Assembly (NCBI GenBank): GCA_947473125.1
Contig: CANJDH010000014.1
Coordinates: 470-64,469, forward strand
Direction: 5' to 3'
Origin: Burkholderiales bacterium
GTDB lineage: Bacteria > Pseudomonadota > Gammaproteobacteria > Burkholderiales > JAEUOS01
Length of the DNA: 64,000 nt
Positions 47,747 through 56,466 of the stretch are shown here, one piece after another. The notes under the pieces are model-generated. The model was given only the letters and a program-made list of their open reading frames with translations. It had not been told where the DNA came from and searched no databases. How positions within the stretch are numbered: the first letter of the stretch is position 1; each line of letters begins with the position of its first letter. The position numbers were made by a program, and so were the translations under genes.

Positions 47747-49557
47747 TGTTCGGGCGCTTGCTCGCAGCACTGTTGCCGCAGCGCAAAGCCGCGCCCGACC
47801 GGTTTTTCGCTGCGGACGATTGGGGTGAGCACATTCCGGTCCCAATGTGCACATTGCTGCACCAGGCCCTGGCGGCCGAGGCCGACGGGCGCACGGAGGA
47901 GGCAGTTTTGCTGTTCGAGAGGGCGCGCGAACTGGATGCCACCAGCGTGCCTGACGATAGCGCGGCCCAGCATTTTTATACCCGCGGACTGGTCCACCTG
48001 CGCGACATGCGCATCGAGTCCGCGCGCGGCTGTTTCGAACTCGCGCACCGGCTGATGCCAAGCGCCGCCGCCCCGCTCGGCATGCTCGGATTTTGCGGTT
48101 ATTTCGACGGCGATACCGTCGCCGGCAGACGCGATTACGACCGCGCGCTGGCCGTGGCCCTGCCGGCGGAGCGCGGCGCCCTGCGCATCAACCGGTTGAT
48201 TGACGCGCTTCCCCAGATTGCGCCCTCCGCCGCACAGCTGGCGGAGCAGCGTGCCTGGTTCGAGCGTGAGCTCGCTGCACTGCTTGCCGACCCGCCGCGG
48301 ATTGCCGACCCGTTGCAGGACATCCACCGTACCGTTTTTTATCTCGGCTACCAGGGCGGCGATGACCGCAGCCTGAACACGCGGCTCGCGCGCCTGTTCC
48401 TGGCCTGCACGCCGTCGCTGGGCTACGTGGCGCCCCATGCGGCGGCGGCCCGCGCAGCTGCAGCGGCTCCGGTGACCGCGCGCCGCCTGCGCGTCGGTTT
48501 CGTGTCGATGTACCTGAACCGCCACTCGGTGGGCGCCTGGTACAACAACCTGCTGCGCCTGGTCATCGAAACCGGCAGATTTGATTGCACCCTGTTTACC
48601 TACATGGACAAAGTCGACGAGCCGCTGCGCGTCGCGGCGGAGCGCCACGGGCGCCACGAATTTCTCGAGCGCAGCCTCGAGGCTGCGCGTAACCAGGTCG
48701 AAGCGGCGCAACTCGATGTGCTGGTCTACACCGACGTTGCGATGCATCCATTTCCCTATTTTTTGAGCATGAGCCGGCTTGCGCCGGTGCAGGCACTTCT
48801 GGTCGGCCATCCGTGCACGTCGGGCATTCCGACGCTGGACTGGTTCATCAGCAACGTCCACCAGGATCGCGACGATGCGCAGCGCGATTACAGCGAAAAG
48901 CTGGCGCGCCTGCCTGTGATCCCGGTATGGGTGGCCAGGACCGAAGCGCCGTCCACGCCGCTTGATCGCGCGGCACTGGGATGGGACGCCCACACGCACG
49001 TCTACCTGTGCCCGATGATGCTGCAAAAAATGCATCCGGACTTCGATTGGGCGTTGGGACAGATCCTGCGTGCAGATGCGGCCGCCGAAGTCGTGTTGTT
49101 TGCCGACCGCGAGCACGCGCAGTGGCAGGTCCAGCTTGAACAGCGTTTCGAGGCCGTGATGCCCGACGTTGCGGAGCGCATCAGTTTCCGGCCGTTCGCG
49201 CCCAAGGAAGAGTTTCTGAGCCTGCTGCTTGCCGCCGATTGCGTGCTTGACCCGTTTCATTTTTCCGGCGGCGTCACGACGTATGTGGCGCTTTCGCTCG
49301 GCGTGGCGGTCATTACCCTGCCCGGCGAATTGTTTCGCAGTCGCATGACGGCCGGCATTTACGCGCAAGCCGACATCAACGACTGTGTGGCGACGTCACG
49401 CGAACACTATGTTGCGCTGGCCGTGGCCCACGCGGCTGATCCGGGCCGGCGCGCCAGCTTGCGCGAGCGTATCCTGGCCGCCCAGCCGCTTTGGTTTGAA
49501 ACCGATGCCGCAGTGGCGGCGCTGTCCGGATGGATCGCCTCGGCGGTGCAGCGCTGA
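47746..49557 (+). CDS. TPR-repeat / GT41-type (SPINDLY/OGT-like) glycosyltransferase
   Basis: TGATG stop/start overlap with the AtuA-like gene. N-terminal TPR-like helices. C-terminal LRVGFVSMYLNRHSVG ... LDPFHFSGGVTT motifs of COG3914 proteins. Confidence 0.7.
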   Translation: MFGRLLAALLPQRKAAPDRFFAADDWGEHIPVPMCTLLHQALAAEADGRTEEAVLLFERARELDATSVPDDSAAQHFYTRGLVHLRDMRIESARGCFELAHRLMPSAAAPLGMLGFCGYFDGDTVAGRRDYDRALAVALPAERGALRINRLIDALPQIAPSAAQLAEQRAWFERELAALLADPPRIADPLQDIHRTVFYLGYQGGDDRSLNTRLARLFLACTPSLGYVAPHAAAARAAAAAPVTARRLRVGFVSMYLNRHSVGAWYNNLLRLVIETGRFDCTLFTYMDKVDEPLRVAAERHGRHEFLERSLEAARNQVEAAQLDVLVYTDVAMHPFPYFLSMSRLAPVQALLVGHPCTSGIPTLDWFISNVHQDRDDAQRDYSEKLARLPVIPVWVARTEAPSTPLDRAALGWDAHTHVYLCPMMLQKMHPDFDWALGQILRADAAAEVVLFADREHAQWQVQLEQRFEAVMPDVAERISFRPFAPKEEFLSLLLAADCVLDPFHFSGGVTTYVALSLGVAVITLPGELFRSRMTAGIYAQADINDCVATSREHYVALAVAHAADPGRRASLRERILAAQPLWFETDAAVAALSGWIASAVQR

Positions 49558-49660
49558 CAGGGCGGTATTTACCCCTTAATTCAGGGCATGAAGATATCGA
49601 CGCGGGGAATAAAACGGCGCCGCCGATTGTTTACCGTTCAACCCTGTAGCATGGGGGCCA

Positions 49661-50215
49661 ATGACAACGCCAGTTGACACAAGCCGGGGCATGGACCGAA
49701 ACAGCATCATTGCGCATATTCCGCGGCTGCGGCGCTATGCCCGTCTCCTGACTGGAGACGCGCACCGCGCCGACGACCTGGTGCAGGACACGCTCGAGCG
49801 TGCCTGCATCAAGTGGCAGTTGTGGCAACCCGGCGCGGAACCGGCACTGCAGTTGCGTGCGTGGCTGTTTACCGTGATGCACAACCTGTTCGTGAACCAG
49901 GTGCGCGGCAAGGCGTATGCGGCGCGGCGCGATGCGGTATCGATGGACGACATCGACATCGAAGGGCCGGTACTGGATCCCGGCGTGCGGCTCGACCTTG
50001 AGCGTGCGCTGCGCCAGTTGCCGGCCGATCAACTCGAAATCGTCCTGCTGGTGGCGCTGGAGGATTTTTCGTATGCCGAGGCGGCCATCCTGATCAACGT
50101 GCCGATCGGAACGGTGATGTCGCGGCTGTCGCGAGCGCGCAAGCGCCTCGCAGAATTGATGGATGGGGTGGTACCGACCAAGGTGAGCCGCCCACAATTG
50201 AAGGTGATGAAATGA
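49661..50215 (+). CDS. ECF-type RNA polymerase sigma factor
   Basis: 184 aa. Region 2 (DDLVQDTLERA) and region 4 (YAEAAILINVPIGTVMSRLSRAR). Confidence 0.85.
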   Translation: MTTPVDTSRGMDRNSIIAHIPRLRRYARLLTGDAHRADDLVQDTLERACIKWQLWQPGAEPALQLRAWLFTVMHNLFVNQVRGKAYAARRDAVSMDDIDIEGPVLDPGVRLDLERALRQLPADQLEIVLLVALEDFSYAEAAILINVPIGTVMSRLSRARKRLAELMDGVVPTKVSRPQLKVMK

Positions 50216-50988
50216 CCATGATGACTGAAGACGATCTGCACGCACTCGCGGATGGCCGCCTCGGGCCGGAACGGCGTGCCGAGGTTGAAACATGGCTCGC
50301 CGGCCAGCCCGAGGCGCGCGCCAAGGCCGATGCCTGGCGCGCCCAGAACGACGCGCTGCGCGCACTGGCGCGCGAAGCGCTCGATGAGCCGGTGCCGGAG
50401 CGTTTGATTGCCGCGCTCAACCCGCAACGCCAGCGCTGGCTGACGGCCGTCGCAGCGGCATTGGTGGCGAGCGTGACGATGAGTGCTGCCGGCTGGTTCG
50501 GACACGCCTGGTATGCAGCGTCGGGCAGTTCCGGTTCCGTGGTGTTCGCCGCCAAGCGCTTTGCGCGCGATGCGATGGCAGCGCACGTGGTGTACTCGCC
50601 CGAGGTACGGCATCCGGTGGAAGTGGCCGCCGCCGAGCAACAGCACCTGGTGCAATGGCTGTCGAAGCGACTTGGCACCCAACTCAAGGCGCCGCTGCTG
50701 CAGGCGCAGGGGTTTGACCTGGTTGGAGGCCGGTTGCTCCCCGGGGACAATGGCGCACGCGCGCAGTTCATGTACCAGAACGCCGGCGGCGAGCGCGTCA
50801 CCCTGTATTTGTCCGCCATGCCGAAAAACGCGACCACCATACCGACGGCGTTTCGCTTCGAGAACAACGGGCCGGTGTCGGCGTTTTACTGGATCGATCG
50901 CGACTTGAGCTATGCCTTGTCGGGTGACTTGCAGCGCAGTCGCCTGCTGCAGTTGTCCGAGCTCGTCTATACCCAACTCGGCGGATAG
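50212..50988 (+). CDS. Anti-sigma factor (single-pass membrane protein)
   Basis: ATGA overlap with the sigma gene. N-terminal anti-sigma helix region, one TM segment, periplasmic C-terminal domain. Confidence 0.65.
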   Translation: MTMMTEDDLHALADGRLGPERRAEVETWLAGQPEARAKADAWRAQNDALRALAREALDEPVPERLIAALNPQRQRWLTAVAAALVASVTMSAAGWFGHAWYAASGSSGSVVFAAKRFARDAMAAHVVYSPEVRHPVEVAAAEQQHLVQWLSKRLGTQLKAPLLQAQGFDLVGGRLLPGDNGARAQFMYQNAGGERVTLYLSAMPKNATTIPTAFRFENNGPVSAFYWIDRDLSYALSGDLQRSRLLQLSELVYTQLGG

Positions 50989-51074
50989 CGCCGGGTGCGT
51001 TGCTGGTGCCGACCCGAGTCGCGCACCCTGGAGTTGCGCCGATTGGTTGCGCCCGCCGGTTTGAAACCGAACGT

Positions 51075-51743
51075 CTAGCGTGCGCCGGCCTGCTCCAGAA
51101 TGCGAGCGATGGCGCCCTGACCGCGCTGGCGTGCGTGGCGCAGTGGGGAAACGCCTTCGCGATCCGCCAGATTGACGTTGGCTCCGGCTGCCACCACCAT
51201 GCGCACAATCTCGGTGTGCCGTGCCCCGCCATCGCCGAGGATCACCGCTTCGAGCAGGCAGGTCCAGCCGAGTTTGTTGACATGGTTGATGGCTACGCTG
51301 GTCTTGAGCAGTTCACGCACCGCCTCGACGTGTCCGTAGTGGCAGGCCGGCGTCAGCGCCGTGCCGCCGTAGCGGTTGGTGCTGGCCAAATCGGCGCCGG
51401 TGGACAGCGTCATGCGCAGGATTTCAACATGGCCGCGCGCGCCCGCGAGCAGGTAGGGGCTGTCCTGAATGCTGTCCTGGGCGTTCACGTCGGCCCCGGC
51501 TGCGATCAGGCGTCGGGCCGCTTCAACGCGGTTGTGCTGGGTTGCGGCCAGCAGGGCGGTGCGCCCCGCAGGGTCACGCGCCCTGACACTGGCGCCCTCC
51601 CGGATCAGACGCTCAACGGCCGATGTATCGCCTTGCTCCGCCGCCGCGATCAGCGCCGCATCGCCTGGCACCAGGGATTGCGCGTCGGCTGCGGACAGCG
51701 CAATCCACGAAAAACATGCCGCCGCAAGGAGCCGATACGTCAT
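51075..51743 (-). CDS. Secreted ankyrin-repeat protein
   Basis: Signal peptide ...SAADAQS. 4-5 ANK repeats (GRTALLAATQHNRVEAARRLIAAGADVN etc.). Confidence 0.8.
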   Translation of the reverse strand: MTYRLLAAACFSWIALSAADAQSLVPGDAALIAAAEQGDTSAVERLIREGASVRARDPAGRTALLAATQHNRVEAARRLIAAGADVNAQDSIQDSPYLLAGARGHVEILRMTLSTGADLASTNRYGGTALTPACHYGHVEAVRELLKTSVAINHVNKLGWTCLLEAVILGDGGARHTEIVRMVVAAGANVNLADREGVSPLRHARQRGQGAIARILEQAGAR

Positions 51744-51843
51744 GGGCTAGAAGCCTTAAAATGGACCTTCACAGTATACGACCCGGCCTTTGCCGCACCT
51801 GTTTTGATTTGGGCGCGCCCGGGCGCCAATCGACAAACCTGCC

Positions 51844-52278
51844 ATGTTGACCCTGACCCCCGAACTGTCCACCGGCAATGGTGAAATTGACCGCCACCAC
51901 GCCGATTTTGTCGAGGCCCTAAATGCCATTGACGCGGTCGAAGGCGATGACGTGCTCGTTGCCCTGGATCGCCTGATTGCCCATTGCGAGGCGCACTTCG
52001 CATTCGAAAACGAGCAGATGGAGGCGAGCCATTTTCCGCCGATCGGCTGCCACTTGGGCGAGCACGAGATGGTGATCGAAACCGTGCGTGAGGTGCGGCG
52101 CCGAGTCGTCGCCGGGCAACCTGAGATTGCTCGTAGCCTCGGCCCGGCGCTGTCCGAGTGGTTCTCGAACCACGTGCAGTCGATGGATGCGGTGCTGGCA
52201 CGTTACCTGGCCCAGCCCGGTGTGATTGAGTCCGGTCCGGTACAGGCGGGTGCCGCAGGATGCGGTTTGCCGGCATAG
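51844..52278 (+). CDS. Bacteriohemerythrin-like protein
   Basis: 144 aa. IDRHH..., HCEAHFAFENEQM, HLGEHEMV, HVQSMD iron-ligand pattern. Confidence 0.75.
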   Translation: MLTLTPELSTGNGEIDRHHADFVEALNAIDAVEGDDVLVALDRLIAHCEAHFAFENEQMEASHFPPIGCHLGEHEMVIETVREVRRRVVAGQPEIARSLGPALSEWFSNHVQSMDAVLARYLAQPGVIESGPVQAGAAGCGLPA

Positions 52279-52350
52279 GACCGCCGGAAACACAAACCCG
52301 GGTATAATCAGCGGTTCGACATTTCCATCTCATTTCAAGGAGTACTCATC

Positions 52351-52521
52351 GTGGCAGAACGCAAACGCACCCGCCGCAATACGCTCGAGCGCCGTTGCCT
52401 CGGTAAAGACCTCAAGCGCCTGTTCGCCGGCTCGCCCAAGGCGACCTGGAAGATGCTCGAACTGGTCAAAAAAACCAAGGTTTCATCGAATCGGTCTTCA
52501 GGCTCCAAAGCTCCCAAATAA
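52351..52521 (+). CDS. Small basic protein, 56 codons (not in ORF track; below its length cut-off)
   Basis: GTG start 8 nt after AAGGAG. TATAAT box at 52303..52308. Strong hairpin terminator at 52540..52567. Translation: VAERKRTRRNTLERRCLGKDLKRLFAGSPKATWKMLELVKKTKVSSNRSSGSKAPK. Confidence 0.45.
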   Translation: MAERKRTRRNTLERRCLGKDLKRLFAGSPKATWKMLELVKKTKVSSNRSSGSKAPK

Positions 52522-52539
52522 GCGGTTGCCTGAAGTGGA

Positions 52540-52567
52540 AAAAAGCCACGCAATGCGTGGCTTTTTT
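52540..52567. terminator. Bidirectional terminator after the sORF and the convergent MFS gene
   Basis: AAAAA-GCCACGC-aat-GCGTGGC-TTTTTT. Confidence 0.7.
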
Positions 52568-52612
52568 CATGGTGCATCGGGTTCGAACGCGAACGTCCGC
52601 CGGGCCGGCACC

Positions 52613-53947
52613 CTAGCTGCTGCGGCGCACCGACCAGACGAACAAGCCGGCCACCACCGCCAGCAACACGAGCGCTGACGAGGCGAGCGACAAATGGATG
52701 CCCACGGCCGAGCCCAGCACGCCCACCGTGAACCCGCTGAACGTGCGCAGGCCGAGCGCGCTCATCGCATACAAGCCGATGACCCTGCCGCGCGCGTCGG
52801 CCGGTGCGTGTACCTGCACCAGCGTTTGCGTCATGGTGTAGAGCGCCAGTTCGAGAAAGCCCGCGGCAAACAGGAGCGCCAGGGCAATCGGATACGCCGG
52901 CGCCATGGCGAAACCGCCCAGCGCCGCACACCACAGCAGGGCAAGACCGAATGCCGTACGTGGTTCGGCCCGCAGCAGCCCGCGTGCTTCGAGTGCGAGG
53001 CCGGCGACCAGTGCGCCCGCTGCATCAGCCGCCAGCAACATGCTGTACCAGAAGTCGGCGCGGCCGTGCCCCAGGTCGTGCGCGAATTCGGGCATTTGCG
53101 CATGGTAGGCGTTGCCCACCAGCAGGGAAGCGCCACCCGCCAGTAGCGTCATCGAGAACAGTGTCGGATGACGAATCACCAGGCGCAAGGTCGAAGCAAT
53201 GTCAGCCAGGCCGCGCAGCGCCCGATGTGGCGCAACCTTGCCTTTCCTGAATTTTGGTCCGAACGGCGCTTTCCACAGCCACAGTACCAGCGGCAGGTAT
53301 ATCAGGACATTCAAAAAAATGCCGGCCGTGGCGCCCATCAGCAACATGATCCCGGCGCCGACTGCCGGCCCCATCAGCAGGCCGAGCCAGCGCGAGGTGG
53401 CATTGAGGCGAATTGCGCTTTGCAGGTGTTCTTGGCCGACGATGTCATGCAACAGCAACTGGTTGGACGGCATCCAGAGCACGCCGGCCAGGCCATGCAG
53501 GATCAACAACAGCACTGCGTGCCACATCTCGGCAGCGCCGGAGAGGAACACGAAACCCCAGCCCACGGACACCAACATGAACAAGCCCATGCCAAGCTGG
53601 ATGATGCGGCGCGGATCGAAGCGGTCCGCCAGCGCGCCCGAATGCATCGAAAACAGGAGAAAGGGCAGCCAGTGTGCAATCACGGCGAATCCGCCAAGGG
53701 CCGGCGACTGGAATTTCTGGAACATCATCCAGTAGCTGATCACGTGCTCGACCGAATCGGCCATCATCGCCAGGGCAGACGTGAAGAAATAGGCGCGATA
53801 ACCAGGGTGGTGCAAGGCGGCGAAAGCGCGGGCGCTCGGTGGAGAAGGGGCGGTCACATTGTTGTGCGGGTGGGGGGCCGGCCGATTGTCGCCGGACAAC
53901 AGCGTTTGCGCCAGATCAAACTGCGGCAGGCTACCCTGTGGGAGCAT
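52613..53947 (-). CDS. MFS transporter
   Basis: 444 aa, 12-TM style. N-terminal FAALHHPGYRAYFFTSALAMMAD typical of this MFS clade. Confidence 0.75.
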   Translation of the reverse strand: MLPQGSLPQFDLAQTLLSGDNRPAPHPHNNVTAPSPPSARAFAALHHPGYRAYFFTSALAMMADSVEHVISYWMMFQKFQSPALGGFAVIAHWLPFLLFSMHSGALADRFDPRRIIQLGMGLFMLVSVGWGFVFLSGAAEMWHAVLLLILHGLAGVLWMPSNQLLLHDIVGQEHLQSAIRLNATSRWLGLLMGPAVGAGIMLLMGATAGIFLNVLIYLPLVLWLWKAPFGPKFRKGKVAPHRALRGLADIASTLRLVIRHPTLFSMTLLAGGASLLVGNAYHAQMPEFAHDLGHGRADFWYSMLLAADAAGALVAGLALEARGLLRAEPRTAFGLALLWCAALGGFAMAPAYPIALALLFAAGFLELALYTMTQTLVQVHAPADARGRVIGLYAMSALGLRTFSGFTVGVLGSAVGIHLSLASSALVLLAVVAGLFVWSVRRSS

Positions 53948-53975
53948 TGCACCATGTCATCTCAGGAGTGAAGGC

Positions 53976-54569
53976 ATGCTGGGCGGGAAACGCATACTGC
54001 TGATTCAGGGGCACCCCGACGCGTCGGCGAGTCATCTCTGCCATGCATTGGCCGATGCCTATGCAGGGGGCGCCGAAGCTGCGGGCCACGAGGTGCGCCG
54101 CCTTGATGTGGCGCGCGTTGATTTCCCGTTGTTGCGCAGCCAGGTTGAGTGGGAGCGTGGCGCCATCTCACCCGTGATCAAGGATGCCCAGTTGTCTATT
54201 TCGCGTTCGCAGCACATCGTGCTGTTCTTCCCTCTGTGGCTCGGCGACATGCCGGCCCTGCTCAAGGGCTTTCTGGAGCAGGTGGCGCGGCCCGGGTTTG
54301 CGTTTCACAAGGAGGCCAACATCCCGTTTGCGAACAAGGCCCTGACTGGTCGCAGTGCCCGGGTGATCGTCACCATGGGAATGCCGGCAATGGTGTATCG
54401 CTGGTATTTTCGGGCGCACAGCGTCAAATCGCTGGAGCGCAACATCCTCGGGTTCATCGGTATTGCACCGGTGCACGAAACCCTGATCGGGCAGGTCGGC
54501 AACATGACCGACGCCGACGCCAGGAAATGGCTCAAAAAAATGCAGGCGCTGGGCCGCGCAGGCGCGTAG
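53976..54569 (+). CDS. NAD(P)H-dependent oxidoreductase, flavodoxin-like fold (quinone reductase-like)
   Basis: AGGAG RBS before ATG 53976. ILLIQGHP and FPLWLGDMPALLKGFLE motifs. Confidence 0.8.
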   Translation: MLGGKRILLIQGHPDASASHLCHALADAYAGGAEAAGHEVRRLDVARVDFPLLRSQVEWERGAISPVIKDAQLSISRSQHIVLFFPLWLGDMPALLKGFLEQVARPGFAFHKEANIPFANKALTGRSARVIVTMGMPAMVYRWYFRAHSVKSLERNILGFIGIAPVHETLIGQVGNMTDADARKWLKKMQALGRAGA

Positions 54570-54589
54570 CCCTCAGGACACTTCCCGCA

Positions 54590-56401
54590 CTACTTGCTCC
54601 AGGTGTCCCGCAGGCCCGTCGCCTTGTTGAATACCAGCTTGTTGGGGCCGTGGTCAATGCGATCCGCGACAAAATAACCGTGGCGTTCGAACTGGAATTT
54701 CTCGTCCGCATGGGCGTGTGCAAGTGATGGTTCGAGAAAAGCGCGAATTACCCGGAGGCTGTCCGGGTTCAGGCTGGCCTTGAAATCCTTGCCGCCTGCG
54801 TCCGGATGCGCATCGGTAAAGAGCCGGTCGTAGAGGTGAATCTCGGCGCTTAGCGCATCGACAAGCGCGACCCAGGTTATGACCCCCTTCACCTTGAGGC
54901 TATCCGCTCCCGGCGTACCGCTTTTCGTATCGGGTATCAGGCGGGCCAGGACGGCGCTGACACGGCCGTCGTCACCTTTTTCGCAGCCCGTGCATTCGAT
55001 GACATAGCCGTATTTCAGGCGTACCTTGTTTCCGGGATAGAGCCGGTGATAACCCTTGGCCGGCAACTCCATGAAATCATCACGCTCCACCCAGACTTCA
55101 TTTGCAAGGTTGAATCGGCGCTGCCCGCGTTCGGGATGATGGGGATGGACGGGGGCCGAGCACGGCTCGAGATGGGATTCGGCACCAAACACGTCGGCCC
55201 AGTTGGTGAGCTTGAGCTTGAGTGGATCGATCACCGCCATGGCACGCGCCGCCTTGGCGTCAAGGTCGTCGCGCAGGGCGATTTCCAGGGTTGCATAATC
55301 GATCCAGCTGTCTGCTTTGGACACGCCGATGCGCTCACAGAACAACTGAATCGATTCGGGCGTGTAACCGCGCCGGCGCAGTCCGACGATGGTCGGCATG
55401 CGCGGATCGTCCCAGCCATTGACGATGCCTTCATCAACCAGCTGCTTGAGCTTGCGCTTGCTGGTCATCACGTAGGTAAGGTTGAGACGCGCGAACTCGT
55501 ATTGATGCGGCAGTGGCTTGGCGAGGAGACCGCCCACGACGCGGCCATCGGCCAGGGTCGTTGCCTCGGCCAGGCGCTCCAACAGCCAGTCGTAAAACGG
55601 ACGCTGGTCTTCGAATTCAAGCGTGCAGATCGAATGGGTGATGCACTCCAGCGCGTCCTCGATTGGGTGCGCGTAGGTGTACATCGGATAGACCGACCAT
55701 TTGTCGCCGGTGCGGTGATGCGTCGCCTTGCGGATGCGATAAATAGCCGGGTCGCGCAGGTTGATGTTGGGCGCGGCCATGTCGATTTTGGCACGCAGTA
55801 CCAGGCTGCCCTCGACATGTTTGCCGTCGCGCATTTCGTCGAACAGCACGCGCGACTCTTCCGCCGGGCGGTCGCGCCACGGGCTGTTCTTGCCCGGCTC
55901 GGTGAGCGTGCCGCGATTGATGCGCATCTCGTCGGCAGCCTGGCCATCCACGTACGCATGGCCGGCCGAAATCAGATACTGGGCCGCTTCGAACATGAAG
56001 TCGAAGTAGTCGCTTGCATAGAACAGGTGCGAGCGCTGATGCGCATCCCAGCCGAAACCGAGCCACTTGACGGCATCAAGGATGGAGTCGACGTATTCCT
56101 GCTCTTCCTTTTCCGGGTTGGTGTCGTCAAAGCGCATGTGGCACACGCCGCCGTAATCGCGCGCCAGTCCGAAATTGAGGCAGATGCTTTTGGCATGGCC
56201 AATGTGCAGGTAGCCGTTTGGCTCGGGCGGAAAGCGCGTACGAATCGCCGCGGGGTCGGGCGACCCTTGCGCCTGTGCCCGGGCATCGCCGGGAGAACCG
56301 CTCCAGGAGCGGTTCTTGTAGAGCCCCCCTCTCAGGTCAGCATCAATGATGCTGCGCAGGAAGTTGGAAGCAGGAGCGGAAGCGGGTGCAGGGGCAGACA
56401 T
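54590..56401 (-). CDS. glnS: Glutamine--tRNA ligase
   Basis: Class I HIGH (PEPNGYLHIGHAKS) and MSK (VMTSKRK) motifs. GlnRS-length and sequence. Confidence 0.95.
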   Translation of the reverse strand: MSAPAPASAPASNFLRSIIDADLRGGLYKNRSWSGSPGDARAQAQGSPDPAAIRTRFPPEPNGYLHIGHAKSICLNFGLARDYGGVCHMRFDDTNPEKEEQEYVDSILDAVKWLGFGWDAHQRSHLFYASDYFDFMFEAAQYLISAGHAYVDGQAADEMRINRGTLTEPGKNSPWRDRPAEESRVLFDEMRDGKHVEGSLVLRAKIDMAAPNINLRDPAIYRIRKATHHRTGDKWSVYPMYTYAHPIEDALECITHSICTLEFEDQRPFYDWLLERLAEATTLADGRVVGGLLAKPLPHQYEFARLNLTYVMTSKRKLKQLVDEGIVNGWDDPRMPTIVGLRRRGYTPESIQLFCERIGVSKADSWIDYATLEIALRDDLDAKAARAMAVIDPLKLKLTNWADVFGAESHLEPCSAPVHPHHPERGQRRFNLANEVWVERDDFMELPAKGYHRLYPGNKVRLKYGYVIECTGCEKGDDGRVSAVLARLIPDTKSGTPGADSLKVKGVITWVALVDALSAEIHLYDRLFTDAHPDAGGKDFKASLNPDSLRVIRAFLEPSLAHAHADEKFQFERHGYFVADRIDHGPNKLVFNKATGLRDTWSK

Positions 56402-56466
56402 GAAGGAGCCGGTGGAAGTGTTGCAGCACCCATTTTAGCGGGTGCGCCCGAGCTGCCCATGGCGGG

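Noticed and set aside
46358-49368. Two long minus-strand ORFs (46358..48061, 47623..49368)
   Set aside because: They are antisense to the AtuA-like and GT41 genes, are Arg/Ala/Gly/His-rich without motifs, and have no RBS. These are shadow ORFs of a high-GC genome.
49558-49660. Candidate autoregulated ECF promoter (GGAAT ... CGTT) upstream of the sigma gene
   Set aside because: Spacing between the candidate -35 and -10 elements (13 or 24 nt) does not fit the 16-17 nt expected, so I cannot support it.
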